DNA from: Ptychomitrium polyphyllum
Lineage: Eukaryota
Assembly: GCA_973851085.1 (NCBI GenBank)
Contig: OZ316775.1
Span: 3,596,001 to 3,660,000, forward strand
Reading direction: 5' to 3'
DNA: 64,000 bases
A program made the position numbers and the translations under genes. Below the pieces are notes generated by a model. The model saw only the letters and a program-made list of their open reading frames with translations. It searched no databases and was not told the origin of the DNA. Positions 13,831 through 27,933 of this stretch are shown piece by piece (within the stretch, counting starts at the first letter, position 1; each line of letters begins with the position of its first letter).

Positions 13831-15230
13831 CTTCCACATTACATTTTACAAGTATTCTTAGATTTTATTTTAATTAAGTAAATATTCAAAGTGGAAGAGA
13901 ATTATATTCAATACAAATACCTTGATATTCTATAATAATGTAGGAACTCGAGTTAAATACATGTATATGTTTAACTTCCATTGGCATATATGTGTTTAAC
14001 TTCTTGAATATTAATAAATTAATATTTAATTAATTTTTTGGATTGTGAAGTTATTGTGGTTGGCTTACAATTCTTATTTGTAATAATTGCTACTACATGT
14101 TATGTTGAAAAACTAGATATATTAATTGAAACACCATTTTGGATTTAATTTTTGTTATTAATAATAAAAGCAATTGCTCAAATATAAATGATTTATAAGA
14201 TGTGCATGAAAAATCATAAATGTTGTAATATATTCTTCAACCATCAAAGAAGGATGACAATATAAATTTTAGCAAGAATTTATTAAAAGATCAAGATAAC
14301 CAAATTGGTTTGATTAAAAAAAAAATACATAATATAAATTCACATCTTAGTATTTCCAAAATTTATGTTATTGATCATTGAATGAAAATTAGAATCCCTA
14401 TCCTAAATAAGTATATTCTATTTAAATGCATATTATTCCTTTATTAAAATTTATTTGATTTTATATTATGATTTTATAAAGGAAAGAAGAAGATGAAGGC
14501 GTTTTTAAAATTAAAACTTTCACCACTTTCCTAGTTAGAAACAAAATTTAAGGCTTTTTCTTTAAAGGGTAATGAAGGCATCTTTGCAAGAACAAGCAAT
14601 TTAGTTTGCAGCAAAGTACAGTTCATTGGTGGAGTGAACCTAAAGAGGTTATTGATATTATACAATGGGATCCAAAAGGAACAAACAACTTCATTCTTTA
14701 CGCACTCCTAAGAATAGCCGCTATTTGTTAATGAGAATTAACATCTCAAACCTAAATTTGATCATGCTGTTGCATCTAAGATGCATTAAACAGACAGCTC
14801 TAATTTGAGCTTAAAAATAATACATTCTGACGTATTTTTAAGTGAATTCAAACCCTCATTCTACCAGTGCCTGCAACCCAATGAACGATACACTTGAACT
14901 CATTCAAGCTTACCAAACTGTTGCATGCAATTCTTTTGCACCAACTTCATCAGGGGCCAGAGTTCAAACATTGCTTATGTCTTTGACTGAACTCGGGATA
15001 GCTGATTTTGAAAGATTATCCCAAGATAGTTGGAGGCCCCGTGAGTGCATGAACGAGCTTGGCTGAACCTCCTTGATGCTACAATTGCCATGACAACAAC
15101 CAGTTGCACTTCGTAGGCCAGCCTCGCATCGTGATTTCTGCTGGTTGATGTCGTCGATGGTGGTGGAAGGTGGTGGAAGACAAGAACCAGAATATTGATC
15201 GATCAACTGCAGGCCAAGTGGTAGACATAT

Positions 15231-17788
15231 ATGGGCTCTGTATGGGCTCTGCATGGGCTGCATGCTGCACGAGTTTGGAAGCCAGTGCTGATGGGGGCGT
15301 GTTTGATAGTCCTGGCTGCAACAGTGGTCACCGACCTTGTCTGGGGGATGTCTTTTGCATCAGTATTCTACGGTACTCACGTGATTTCTGATGGCACCCG
15401 GTTGCTCACCGTGCCTGCAACGACTTCTCTCGTAAGACAAGAAAACCCTATCCTACAGTGTGCGCTACTTTGCTGTGAGTGGTGGTGCAGGTCAGCAAAT
15501 CGTTGAGTTTTAGCACTTGCAATCAAATGGTTAAGTCTTATCTGGGAGTTGTTACGGGTGACGACTCTTTTGAATTGGACAATTGAAGTTGCATGTGTGG
15601 GAATGTGTTCGTCAGGTTTACCGTATCATATGGGTTCATTTTATAAACCCGAAAGTGGATGTAAGAGTGAAATGAGTGATGTTTTAAAGCTTGGAAGGTT
15701 GCAGGTGGTAGGATATGAAGATGAAGTTGAAGGTAGGTCTGAATTGGTTTGGGAGGAAGCTGCGGAGGCACCGGTAGCTCGCTTGGATGGAGCAGCAGTA
15801 CAGATTGGGCATCTTTTCTACGTGTTTGCAGGCTACGCCACTATCAATGAGGTTGTCGCTGTTTTCTGAGCTTTGTAAGCTTAAGAACATGTAGGTTGCT
15901 GATAGTTCTAATTTGAGAAAATGAGCCCTGAGTTTAGGAAACAGAGAATCTATCAAAAGCTGGCTTCTATGGAGATGTATCCTGCTGTGCTTCTTGCTTA
16001 TTTTTAGAAGGGGATTTACATGATGAGTGAGTATATTATCGTATTCCCTCAAACGGTCAGAGTTACAACGGTGGTTAACTGTGCTTACTGAGAATTAATT
16101 GTTGGCAGGTTCATGCGCATGTGGATGTGTACAATCTGAGCAGCAATACTTGGGAATCGAGTTTTGCAATGCCAGCAGCGATGGCTCACTCACACCTGGG
16201 CATGGCCGCCGATGAGCGCTTCATCTATATCGTGAGTGGACAGGTCGGGTCACAATGCAGAGGTCCAACTGTGAGAAACTTTGTGCTGGACACCCAGACG
16301 AGGACCTGGGCTCAGCTTCTTCCCCTTCCCTATCCAAGGTAGCTTTCGGGAATGATTAATGGATTCGAAATTGAGTAGAAGGTTTGAATATAATTCAGGA
16401 GTCGTGGATATCCTACTTATTCACGCTCAAATGCTTGATTTGATACTACCAGTGCCACCAACACCCTTTGCATTAGCTATTAGTTTCTGCGTGCGTTAGG
16501 TGTCCATATTTTGAGCAGACGTGGTGTTTTATTTAGATATGCTCCAGCTACACAGTTGTGGAAAGGAAGATTACATGTAATTGGAGGAAGCAAAGAGGAC
16601 CGTCAACAACCAGCCCGTGAGCATTGGAGCATTTCTGTGCGTAATGGCAAGGCCTTGGAACCTGAATGGAGAGATGAGATCTCTATTCCGCGAGGTGGCC
16701 CACATAGGTAACGGCCTGCTATCAGTTTTTTAAATTTCAACAAGTTTGAAGAGAATTTGCAGTTTATAGCAGGTCCGCTTGATGCCCATATGGTGTCGTC
16801 CTATGTTTTCACTCTCAACCCCACAATTTTGATTCATTTGAAATTCAACAGTTGAAAGTTTCACAAACCTTATCTGAATTCATCATGTTCAGCAGGTTAT
16901 GTGATGAACTTGCAGGGCATGTGTGGTAATGGAAGATGACCTGTATGTCATTGGTGGCCAAGAGGGCGACTTTAAAGCGAAACCTGGCTCTCTGAATTTC
17001 ACGTGTTCGAGGCAGAAGGAGGTAAATGCAGAATCTCCCATCACCCCTGTACTACAATACATTCTCAAGTCTTAACAGTTGAACTGGTTTGCTAAAAGAT
17101 CTCTTGATGAAGGCAAACGTCTGCTAGTATGACAAGCTCAGCTGTGCTGTTGAGTATCAGAGACTTGGAAATATCTAAACCTCGGCATTGCCGCAGGTAG
17201 TATATAAAGATGTGTACAAGCTGGAAACGGGGGCAAGGAGATGGAGAGAATTGCCATCAATGCTCAAGCCAATTTCACACATTGAGTTTGCATGGGTCAC
17301 CTTCAACCGATCTATAGTGATTGTTGGTGGTTCTACCATGAACAATCCCGCGACCAACAAGATGGTGCTCCTTGGAGACATTTTCCACTTCAACACACAA
17401 ACAAAAGTATGTCCCTTTTTTATTTGGCAACCTTCTCAATGCCTTGAACTCTTAATATCCGGCTAATCTACAGCAACAAGTACTTGGCAGCTTTGGTGTT
17501 TAAAACTATGAGTTGAAAAGCTCGAAATCTCATTTTTCTTTGACACCTTCGTAAAATTTTGTCACGGCCCTTTATCATAACGCCGCTGCTAGCCCTCAAT
17601 GGATGGCTAACTATGTGATGCAGGTATGGAAAAAGCTGGGCCAGATGCCTTACAGAGGGAAAACCGTTTTAGCTGCGTACTGGAAAGGATGGCTTTATTT
17701 CACGGCGGGACAGCGAGACAAGGGTCCCTCAGATCCTGCACCCAGTAAAATTATGGCAAAAACGTGGAGAACTAAACTGACGATTTAA
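15231..17788 (+). CDS. Membrane-anchored kelch-repeat (galactose-oxidase-like propeller) protein, At3g27220-like, about 409 aa, 7 exons
   Basis: Exons 15231-15431, 15705-15851, 16109-16338, 16537-16707, 16916-17021, 17197-17406, 17624-17788, phases consistent. N-terminal TM segment; motifs APVARLDGAAVQI..YVFAGY, MAHSHLG, YAPATQLWKGRLHVIGGSKE, IPRGGPHRAC, GGQEGDF, SHIEFAW, YWKGWLYFTAGQRDKGP. Start codon less certain. Confidence 0.9.
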
Positions 17789-18773
17789 ACTGGGTGGAGT
17801 GACAAGGAGCTCACTGTCAAGAAAATTCAGTATTACTTGTGGTCGTTGTCCTTAGTGTCTGTAACACAAAGAAACACACACTATAGATATCTTCATCTTG
17901 TTACAGAGAACCCAGATTTCTAACTTGTGGTCACCCTGAATACAATGTCCACATGCATCAAACCGGAAAAGCATATTCAATTAAAACTTTTTATTCAACA
18001 AAAGATGGTGTACGCTTCTTACTGAGCGAATTAGTACTCCTTAACTTAATTCTCTTACACTTCTCCAGTACTACTTGTGATTGTGTAATCCTTAGCACGT
18101 TTTTAGCAGGCTTAATGTAACAACGTAACAGATGTCGAGTATCATGAGTAATACTTTACTACTGATCGTGCTACGTACAGGTTTCAAATCTTTGTGCGGA
18201 CATAGCAAGACTCTGTCCATGTTGTTCAAATGTAGGAGCATTCACATGTTGAACTTACAATATGACGTAGGAAGCGTGACCAGTTCAGTTTCAATACATC
18301 TGCACTAGGAATTAACGCGGCTCTGACTTGGAAATTGGTTCGGCAGTCCCTGATCTGGCCACTGCAACAATGAGGTAAACTCATTTACAAACCTCTAGCC
18401 CCAGGAAACAACAACGGTGCATGTGATAACTGTCATCTTCCAAATTTGTAAGATTTATTAATCGTACAGAAATCACCTTGAAGCGACATGCACGTCATTT
18501 ACTCTTTTCTAGAAACCTCCTCTTAGAAGTGACATTCCAAATGAGCACGCCTGATATGAAATCAAATTGCACAAATAGTCTTTTCAATACAGCCACGGTC
18601 ATTGCCTGTAGTAGTTGTGCACTTCACAAAATGATGGCAAACTACATTCTCCGTCCTTGTCAACAGGTGTAGATGGCCCATCATCTTAGATTATCTTGCT
18701 TGATGATTATCTTTGGAGCCATCAACTCAATGATCCAAATGGGTTAATCATTGACCTAAATGAGTTAATCATC

Positions 18774-18823
18774 TCTTGAGCTTTGAACAACATTTTCTTC
18801 TTGAGCTTTGAACAACATTTTCT
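18774..18823. repeat. Perfect 25-bp tandem duplication
   Basis: tcttgagctttgaacaacattttct x2. Confidence 0.9.
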
Positions 18824-20479
18824 TGAGGATGTAATGGGAGGATCCATATTTTGTACATATGGACCTTTAAGTTAAACTTGTTCAACATTTTCACCTTATT
18901 GTTGGATTCTTCAAATTTATCATGAAACATTGAGACCTTCACAATTCTTTGTATCTTGTATGTCTTCTTATTTTCACTTTAGGTGTTAATAATTTCAAAG
19001 CAATTAAACTTTTAGAATAAAGATGTATACATTGTGAGATGTTTGAGTATTTTCTATATAAGGCTTTATAGAAGAATGCAACCTTGAAGCACTACATAGA
19101 TATCATGCGCAAGAAATATGTCAATATGAAAAGAAAAAAAAAACCAATTTCAAGAAGAATTTGCCATTGCTCAAGCTATTGCTCAATGCACTCAATAAAA
19201 TTCTTTCAAAATGCATTCAAATATACAGTTATCAGAAATGACCAAATTTGAGCCATTTAGAATAAAAGGTAAAATATTAAAAAATATTAAAAAATAAACA
19301 ACTAACAATTAAAAATAAAAATAAAAGTAAGTTTCATAAGTGCTAGTAGACAAAAATGATCAAATCATAAGATTTTTTTTGTTATGTATATAAACCTAAA
19401 ATTAGTTTAAAATTCAATTATCAATACTATAAAGAATTCTTTTGTAAGTAAATTTAATTTTAAATACTTAAGTTAATTATATATTTTATTATGTCAAAAT
19501 TGATTTTAAGGAAATTTAAAAAGATTATTAGTATGCTAGTATAAAAATAATAGTAAACTCTCTAGAATTTTTGAATTAATGTAAATTTTTTTAATTAGTT
19601 CAAGAATTTTAATACATAAAATAAAAATGATTTAAAATCTATCTAAACAAGTTTTATTTAAATCAAATAAAAGAATTTTTTTAAAAAATTAAAGTTTCAT
19701 TTATTAAATATTATAACTATTCAATGATTTTATTTATAAATGAACATTGATACTTCATGCATTTAAAAAAATCCATCCTATAGGAATTTAATTTTGAACT
19801 TGTTATATAATACAAGCTTTTAAGCTTTAAAACCACCAAAAAACTTCAACTTTTAAAGGAAATAGAATATGATATTTTTATTTTATACTTTTAATATGCA
19901 GTTTAAACTTCAATTTCAACATTCATTTTTTATTTTCATATTTTACTTTTTATCTTATAATCAAGATTATAAATTAAAAGATTTTTCATTTATAAATGTA
20001 TTTTCTTCCTTCTTTCCATATATTTCATAAACGTTTACAATTATTTTTCAGATCATTTAGTTTATTAGATTTTCTTTTTTGCATTCATTACAATATAATG
20101 CCACACAATACAGTTCTTCAAAAAATTTCTTACAATATAATTTTTTATAATTATTATGTGCTTCTTTATAATCACAATATCATTTCTTATAATTACAACA
20201 CTCATACATATAAGCATTGGAATCAAGGATGTAGCTGTTTATAGGAATTTGTCCACTAATTTGCACGTAGCTCAATGAAAACTAATTCTTCTTCATGATC
20301 TTCTTCATGGGCATACACATGGATGTGATAATCACAATCTATCTTTGTATGACCATTGTGAATCCTTAACTTCAAAAGCTCAACAACATGCACAACATTA
20401 TGGCAATGGAAATACACTTTATTCTTTCAAAATGGCTACGTATAAAGAGCACTATTTTCTTTCTTGTGAAGAAGACAAT

Positions 20480-21640
20480 CATTTTGAAGGAGCTGAACTT
20501 CCAAGTGCGGTGAAGGGGGCTGCTGGAACGAGGAACGATGGGCGAGGGCGAAGTGCTTGGAAGCCGGGGTGGACAACTTGTTGAGGAGATTACCTTCATC
20601 AGCAACACAAAGAAGATTGGTTCCACCAGACATAGTGATAGCAACGTAGTGCAACTGAGCCATAGTGATACTCTGGATATACCAAAAGTTGTAGAAGTTG
20701 TGCTTTGGCACATCGAAGCCTGAATGATTTGCTGTGTTCTATCATCAACGTTGGTACTGAAGCCTTCTTTGCTTGTATGAAAACAAAACAACAATACTGA
20801 CGCGACAGACGTTCCAAACTCAAACGTTTCTCCATGCTTGCCACATGTTCTAACTGGAATGAAGTTCGAGACCTAGAAGGAAAGCCCCCACATATAGACA
20901 AACAGCCCATTGAATAACGAAGAAGAATCTCCGGTTTCTGCTACAGTATCTGCTGGTGTCGACATAGAGTACCGGTAGTGGCATGAGAATGATGTCAATT
21001 GTGGAGAGGAGTCTTCTAAAACTCAAAAATCCCTATATGAACTCGGGGAGGAGGTTTCATATTTACGGTGGTTGTTTCTAACCCTTCGCTCATTGACATT
21101 ATGATATCTGGAAGGGCAACAAAGTAGGCTCTGAATATTGGGCCTCTAAATGTAGGCCTCTTAAAATAACCTTTGGTTTAATTACACTCACAGCATTGCA
21201 CTCTAGGATTCAAACTTCTTGCAGAATGTCCCCTTAGAGAGTAAAGAAACATAACTGCACATACTGCTCAAGAGGCTTTCCCAAGCCAGAGTACAGTACA
21301 ATGTGCAAAAGAGGGATGTTCTTGAGGATTGGAAGATCAGCCTTCTCACCACTGTGAAGAAGAAAACCCTCACATACGGTACATTACCACGAAAACGCCA
21401 TGTAAAGAGTATCTTGTGCTTCTGCTGCAAATTTTCTCTACAGATGGAGGATCTGTGTGATAACTAGAATGTTTCCATTAGATGAGTCTCGCTCCAGCTT
21501 TGAGTATGTTTTACAATTTATCAAAAAAATTGAAGGGACACTTACTCTCAAATTGAATCCGGTGGCTCGAGAAGATGCCTTTTCCATTGAGTTGTTTGAC
21601 ACTGTGTGCAGATTTCAAGTATGCCACTTGCCGTGAGTAA
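20480..21640 (+). pseudogene. Possible decayed gene relic, weakly F-box-like
   Basis: GC-balanced island with short broken frames; fragments VDNLLRRLP and VVVSNP recall F-box/kelch motifs. No coherent model could be built. Confidence 0.2.
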
Positions 21641-22699
21641 TTGAAGTTCAACTATACCTCATGCGTATTTTGGCAGCTCTGTACAGAAGTAATCTTCAGT
21701 CTACTTCTGATTGTATAACCAACATAACTTGTGAGAAAGAGCACCTAAGCTGGATAAATACTGAGCAGTAGGATGGTTTTCGACTTCTTAGGTGTTAATT
21801 TGGACCCCTCAACTAATCAAATGCGTTCAACCTTGATCTCATTAGTAACATTGGCTTGGGTTCACACATAAGAAGGTCGATGAAAACGAAGTGCATCAGA
21901 CTCTCCAATTCTGTACAGACAAACCGAGCATTCATAAGCTTGGTCTTATAAAAAAATTTCAATCAAATTGAGATACAGATTTTGTTCTTGTGCAACTTTT
22001 TACTTGCTATAGATAACAATCTATACTCGTTGGGCACAAACCTACTGAGAACAAGCCCTCTCCAAATGCGGAGAATGCCATAAATAGAGAGAGCGTTCAT
22101 TGGTTCTTAAATAGAATCATCTTTCACACAAAGAGAAAAGGTAAAGAACTAAGTATGATAAGTCATACACATTTTTTAGGTTTAGATTTTGATTGTGGAA
22201 ATCCATGTGAGAAGAAAGAGACAATGTTACACTTCCGGCCTCTTGTGCCCAGAACTTGTAAGGTTTGTAAGTAAACAAATGATTTGATTGGACGAACTTA
22301 GTTTTGGTGACACAAGGGAGGCGGACTGGGAAACGCTCCGATCTGCAGCATTCGACCATGTGAAAGGGCTCTAGCATTAACAGACATAAACACATTTGAT
22401 CCGAGTGTATCACAGATATAATAAACACATGTATACACGTTGCGCTCCAGATCAAGACAACAATAAGTTTCTTCTTTCAATGCACAGCCCTAATACCCGA
22501 GATTATTCTTTAAGAAGAATTGAAACTAGCAAGAATTCGACGCTATAATGCAAATTAGATGCACTTACAATCCTAGCAAATCAGACCTCCAGAGCTGTGT
22601 ATGCTGCCACTTCCCCTCACCGAAAGTTCATGCATATCCTACACGAAAGGAGAATCACCAAAATCACTTTTCCAGATCAGAACAGCCATTTCCTCTCAA

Positions 22700-23690
22700 A
22701 AGACTTACCTCGATATTCAAGCAGCATCCCGTAAGACCATGTCCGTCATCACGCACGCTTCCCTCCACAGCATCCTAATCACTTCAACAAACAACATCAC
22801 CTCGCACTCACTTCCTCCAATTGTAAAACATAACAGATATTGGAGACGACTTCAACGACGACCCCGGCCCAGGCCCCAACTGCATCCAATACAAGCTGAA
22901 ATTCGACCAAGCGCCCATCTACACCATCGCCGAAAGTCTTAGAGAAGGCGAAGATGCAGGGCAGCCAGACCCCAGAACTTACTGCCCCAAATCGCCAGGA
23001 AAAGGCTCCAGCTACTCCTTCCCCACGAGACTGGATCCCTTGATGTCGAAAGACAACAAACCCAGGTCCAGGGACATACTCTACCCATACTCGCTACACG
23101 CAGAGCCGCCCACCGTCCTACAGCATTCCAGCTGGGCTGCAGGATTCTAGAACTGAGTAAGACCCAGGGCCAGGTTCGTCTGAACCAAAGCTGCACTAGG
23201 GCCAAGCTTCAGTATGCGGACGAGGACGACGAAGGGCGCTACAGACAAGATCCTCGCGCAGGATCCTTGCGTGCATAACTACATTCCTGCTACAGCTTGG
23301 GCAAACGCCTTGGTGGCAAAGGTGGAGAGGAAACTCCCGGTCTGGTGCGTGCAACACGCTCTGGAAGAGGTCCGGGCCGGCATTCACGATGAGCGGAAGG
23401 TTTGATCGGAACCGGCCCCAGAACGGAACACGAAGTAGTTGTTGAGTTTGAAAGTTTTGGGGCGATTGTTCTTGTGGATGACATAGAGGACTGGTCGTTT
23501 TGATGCGAGGTATGCTGTACCATGGCCGTCGTTTTGTGTTGGCGGCGGAGATCCAGTTTGTGCATCCGTTTAGATATTCTCTGCAAGAACTTGTTCATGA
23601 TCCGGGTGTTGCTTTGAGCGTTTTACCACACCGATGTTGCAGCTGCCTCAGGCTCTGTGGAACTGATACGACAATACCAAAAAGCATTTG
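22700..23690 (-). pseudogene. Degraded F-box/kelch-type gene
   Basis: GC-rich island; minus-strand fragments in the expected order across frames and stops: SVW*N..IMNKFLQR, LGLLSFDIK, GRLVEFQLVL..VG, YVLQLEEVSAR*, FVEVIRML. Compare MLSFD, LVECNGRLLLIG, IWELVQ..W..VTAMP in the intact gene at 38771-40785. Confidence 0.5.
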
Positions 23691-24269
23691 CTTGAAGTCC
23701 TCACTGGCCTGATTGATGATTTGGAAAATCAGTACTGCCGCTTGAGGCGATTTCTCAATTTGTAAATTTCATGTATTATTCTTGCGTTGCCTTTCAGGGG
23801 TTGGGGAGGAACGAGGCAAGGAATTTATCTTCCCCAATGAAGGTTGGTGTTCTCAGTCTTTTAACAACGAATTTCTTTTCATTTTTTCCCAAAAAAGTAA
23901 ATAAATCTGTGTACTGCTAGCAGGTTTGAGAAGTAAGTGTAAGGGTATAAGCATTTCTATATACCTGTATTTAATAGAGCATCAAAACTATTAATGTACA
24001 ATTATCATTATTAAGGTTGTATAATATTTGAATCTCTAGTAGAGAACTTACAAAAGCACTAGAATTGGAAGTTGGATTTAATGTGGGATGGTCAAATATT
24101 GCTTAGTATTTGGTATCTATTTATTGTGAGTATAATATTATTGTTGTTAATGGAGGGCCCATGCACTAATGTATTCAAATACAATCTATGTTATATGAAC
24201 AACACTTTTGTTATATATACACAATCACAATCTTTAAAAATATCAACTTTCTTTTCTAGAAGCTAGTAA

Positions 24270-24520
24270 AAGGAAGCTATCATAGAACACAATTTCTTTG
24301 GAAACAACTTCCTACGTTTTTGTTGCAACATTCAATATTAAAATACATGCTTAACTTGCAATATCATTTCTTGCACTACATTGCAATTTTTCTCCTATTG
24401 ATTTCAAAAACTTGCCTATGCTTTAGTTTGGATCTAGTTAATGAAATGAATCATATTGTAGGAGTTAGTGTGGAGAAAGTGAAACAATATAGAGGACATT
24501 GTGGAAATAGAAGCTATTAA
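24270..24520 (+). mobile_element. Possible hAT transposase C-terminal dimerisation-domain relic
   Basis: Fragments WKQ...CNFS...LISKTCLCFSLDLVNEMNHI resemble the hATC pattern (W..ERxFS..I.SK.R.RL..D.VN.L..I). Heavily degenerate and needs frameshifts. Confidence 0.3.
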
Positions 24521-24544
24521 AAGAAGTAAAAGAACACTATAATG

Positions 24545-25096
24545 TGTCACGGATATAGATCATGCAATATAGTCCTTAGAACATTCTAAAACCTTCTAGT
24601 ATACTATAATAGCTTCTTAGAATACTTTTAAATGTTTCCATAGTCTTTCCATATTCTTAAGAAGCTTTCTAGGAAAGTTCCTCCACCTAAAGAAATTTCC
24701 TAGGAAAGCTCCATCATCTCAAATAACTTTTTAGGAAACTTCCTAAGAAGGTTCCGTTACCTTAGGAAACTTCCATGAAAGGTTCTAACTCCTTGGAAGC
24801 TTCTTAGGAGGATTTCAACATCTTAGGAAACTTCTTTGGAAGGTTCTCTAAACTTCTAGAATATTCTTAAGCCTTGTAGGGAGTTTTTTTAGAAGTATCC
24901 TAGAAGATACAAACATCATAATATAAATAGGAGGCAAGACAAGGTATTCCTTAGTCTTGCCAATACAAGTTGTGGATCATCTTGAATCTTGCCTTGTTTT
25001 AGTCTTTGTATCAAGTTCTTGTTAATCATTAGCTCTTTGGAAGCTAATTCTTGAAAAACACTTCATTTCTGCTTTTTGCTTCTTGAGTCCCTAACA
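24545..25096 (+). mobile_element. Solo LTR of an LTR retrotransposon (552 bp; probably an abundant Gypsy family)
   Basis: Termini TGTCA...TAACA; flanks taatg (24540-24544) and caatg (25097-25101) form a 5-bp TSD with one mismatch. Internal TATAAATA and ~31-bp subrepeats. Related copy at 63215-63599. Confidence 0.9.
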
Positions 25097-27933
25097 CAAT
25101 GAACGACTTGTATATTGACCATTCTAGGCACAAAAGAAATTAAAGTGCTTAAAAGTTGATGGATGAAGCAAAAACCTTAATGGCTTCCAATTGAATAGCC
25201 TTTTATGTTGTTATCTATTACTTCTGTTTTTCTTTCATTTTAATATTAGTAAAAAGAGCTTAGGGTTGTTGGAGATGATTTGATATATTATTTAACTCTT
25301 CTGATATATTATCATGCTAAATCAAGTAATGAACATAATCAATGTAAGAAACTTAGAAATATCCATTGTTTTTTAAAATGCATATATTTTATATGCTAAG
25401 TGCTTTATACTTATGAATTCAACAATGTGCTTGATAACATCTAATTAAATAAGATATTTTCAATTTAATTTCCACTTTTCAAGTGTAAAATCAAACAATA
25501 CATATTCAATTTGAAAATGTTATTTTATTCTAAACATTGTGATTTATTTTTTGAATTTATATTGTTATGTACTTGCAAAATATGTTGGTAAAGAAGGCAT
25601 CTATTGGATGCTAAACAATAATTACATATTGGATGGCATGAGAATCTTTGCAATTATTACCAACCTATTTTTAACTTTAATCTCAAATAACTTTAATATT
25701 TTTATAATACCACTAGAATAAAATATTGCTTTTCTTTACAACTACTATAGGTCAAACCTACGTCTTTAAGTTTCCCTATTTTTCATAGAAGCTATGACAA
25801 CAATTTAGTAGTCAAATTTAATGCTCCAATTGATGTTTTGGCTATAAAAAAGACTTATTCTTTGAGCACTTAAAAAAACTTTCCTACAAGATTACATAAT
25901 ATTTTGAGGTTTTAAATATACTACAAATAATTATTCTTTTGTTTTCAAATTTGATATTCTACTCAAATTCCAATATTTTTGGCCCACATTTCAAAATTAA
26001 CTCAACCTCATAAGCTAATATAATCATGTCAAAGAATTGCTATTTTAAAGTTTTAAAAAAAAAATCAGGTGTTTTTTTGTTAAATTAATTTTATGATAAA
26101 TAGATTTGCACAAGGACTTTGAGTTGGTTGGGAGATCTTAAGCTTTGGATTCCAAGTAATATATAATTTAATTAAAATGCTATAGAATTCTTTTATGATT
26201 TGTGTTATTGTGAGATACAATTAAAATATGTTACAATATGTAGTTTTCATGAAGTTTTTGGGATTTGGACTATGAAAAAAAAAATCAAACATGATTATGA
26301 ATATCCATGTAATTAATATAGTAGAAAATATATTTTTTGATTTTTCCCAAAGTAATTTTGAAAAAGATTGGTATAATGATTCATCAACACTATAAACCAC
26401 TTTCTATACAAGGAATAAAATCCAAATTTATTTTCCAATACTAACTAAGAACTTGGGATATAATGCCAATTTAGTGTGCAAATAATCAAGTGATTACAGT
26501 AACAATCTACCATTAGATGATGGAACAAAGATGACAAAAAATTATCCAATGACCATCATAAAAGACTTAGTCCTTTAAAATTATCAAAAAGATTTTTTAG
26601 ACCAAAAAAATAAATTCTTAGATAATTTAAGTATCTATAGAAATTGCCACATGCATATGCATATCTTCAATGACAAGAATTCATATGTGAATTTAAATGT
26701 CACAAGAATTAAAGTCTATTTTGAATAAATAAGACATTCAAAGCAATTGGTATATCAATTCATTGGCACATTCAAAGTTTCAATTCAACAAATGTGATGT
26801 ATAAAGGAAATAAGACTTCATTTAGATTCCAAATTTTGAAAAAATGTATGTTTTGTTTGAGACAGATTAGTTGCCTTTCAAAGTTAATCATAGAGTACTA
26901 TTGATATGAATGTGACTACTTCAAGATACTTGTACATGGTCGTAGTGTCCTTTGAGCTCACATCTATGACAAGATGTAGATTTTGGGCACAGAAGTAGCT
27001 GGGTACATAGCGTACCCTGCGACCATGAAATTGTGCACACCAACAAGATGTCCTAAATCACGGTGATGTAAGCTTTCGGACCGAGTATGATGTTTTGAGA
27101 CTTCCCGTATCCTTCCCATACGGTAGTCGGACCCCATCCTCATGGCCGTGGCTATGGCCCTCAGCAACCACTACAAGTGCCCCATGACCATGACTGCACG
27201 GAACCTGCAGCTGATAGGAGACAGAGCTGCGCCAGTGGACGAGAAGGGAAGGAAAGAAGCAGGCCGCGTATTCACGTTTTGCAGCAACTGATCCAGGTGA
27301 GCTGGAGCTTGAACTCACCCTCTGGGTGCAGCAAGCACAGGGCTGCACTCGATTGTTTGTAGCACTTGATGCATTCCCCTCATTAAGTTAATCAGTTGTG
27401 TTATCTTTATATCAGTGGCGTGTGGCAGTAGCCATGTCACTATGCGTAGTCTAGCAGCTATTATCGTCTGATCAGGTATGTACTGAGTATTGAGCAGCTG
27501 CAGCTACTCTGCTGCAGCATGTGTGAGCAGGTCAGCGGTACACTAAATTAATGCTGCAAGACAAACCTCTCTATTGTCCGTGACTCTTGCGGGTACTCAT
27601 GAATTACTGCGACTCTCTCTGTTGCACTGCAGGTACTGTGCTTCCATTGCTTCAGATATCAGTAAATTGTTCCACTTGGGTGCCCAAAGTTGCAACTTTC
27701 AGACTTGCACCGAACTACAGTAGTCAGCAGCTAGTGAAAGCTCTCTAACGGCTACGAGGTTGGGATCACTTCGTAGTGGAAGCTGTAGCGTTGTAGAAAT
27801 CAAGTACTAGAATTCTGAGCTGGGAAGTTGAAAGTGAGAGTTCTCATGTGCACCGTCAGCCTGAAAGGTGCACGTTTGGAAACCAACGGACAACTCAAAG
27901 CAAGCAGTGGACTGCATAGCTGAAGGTCATGAC

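Noticed and set aside
24660..24850. Roughly 31-bp periodic array resembling a CRISPR
   Set aside because: Degenerate head-to-tail units without unique spacers, inside an LTR, in eukaryotic DNA with no cas genes.
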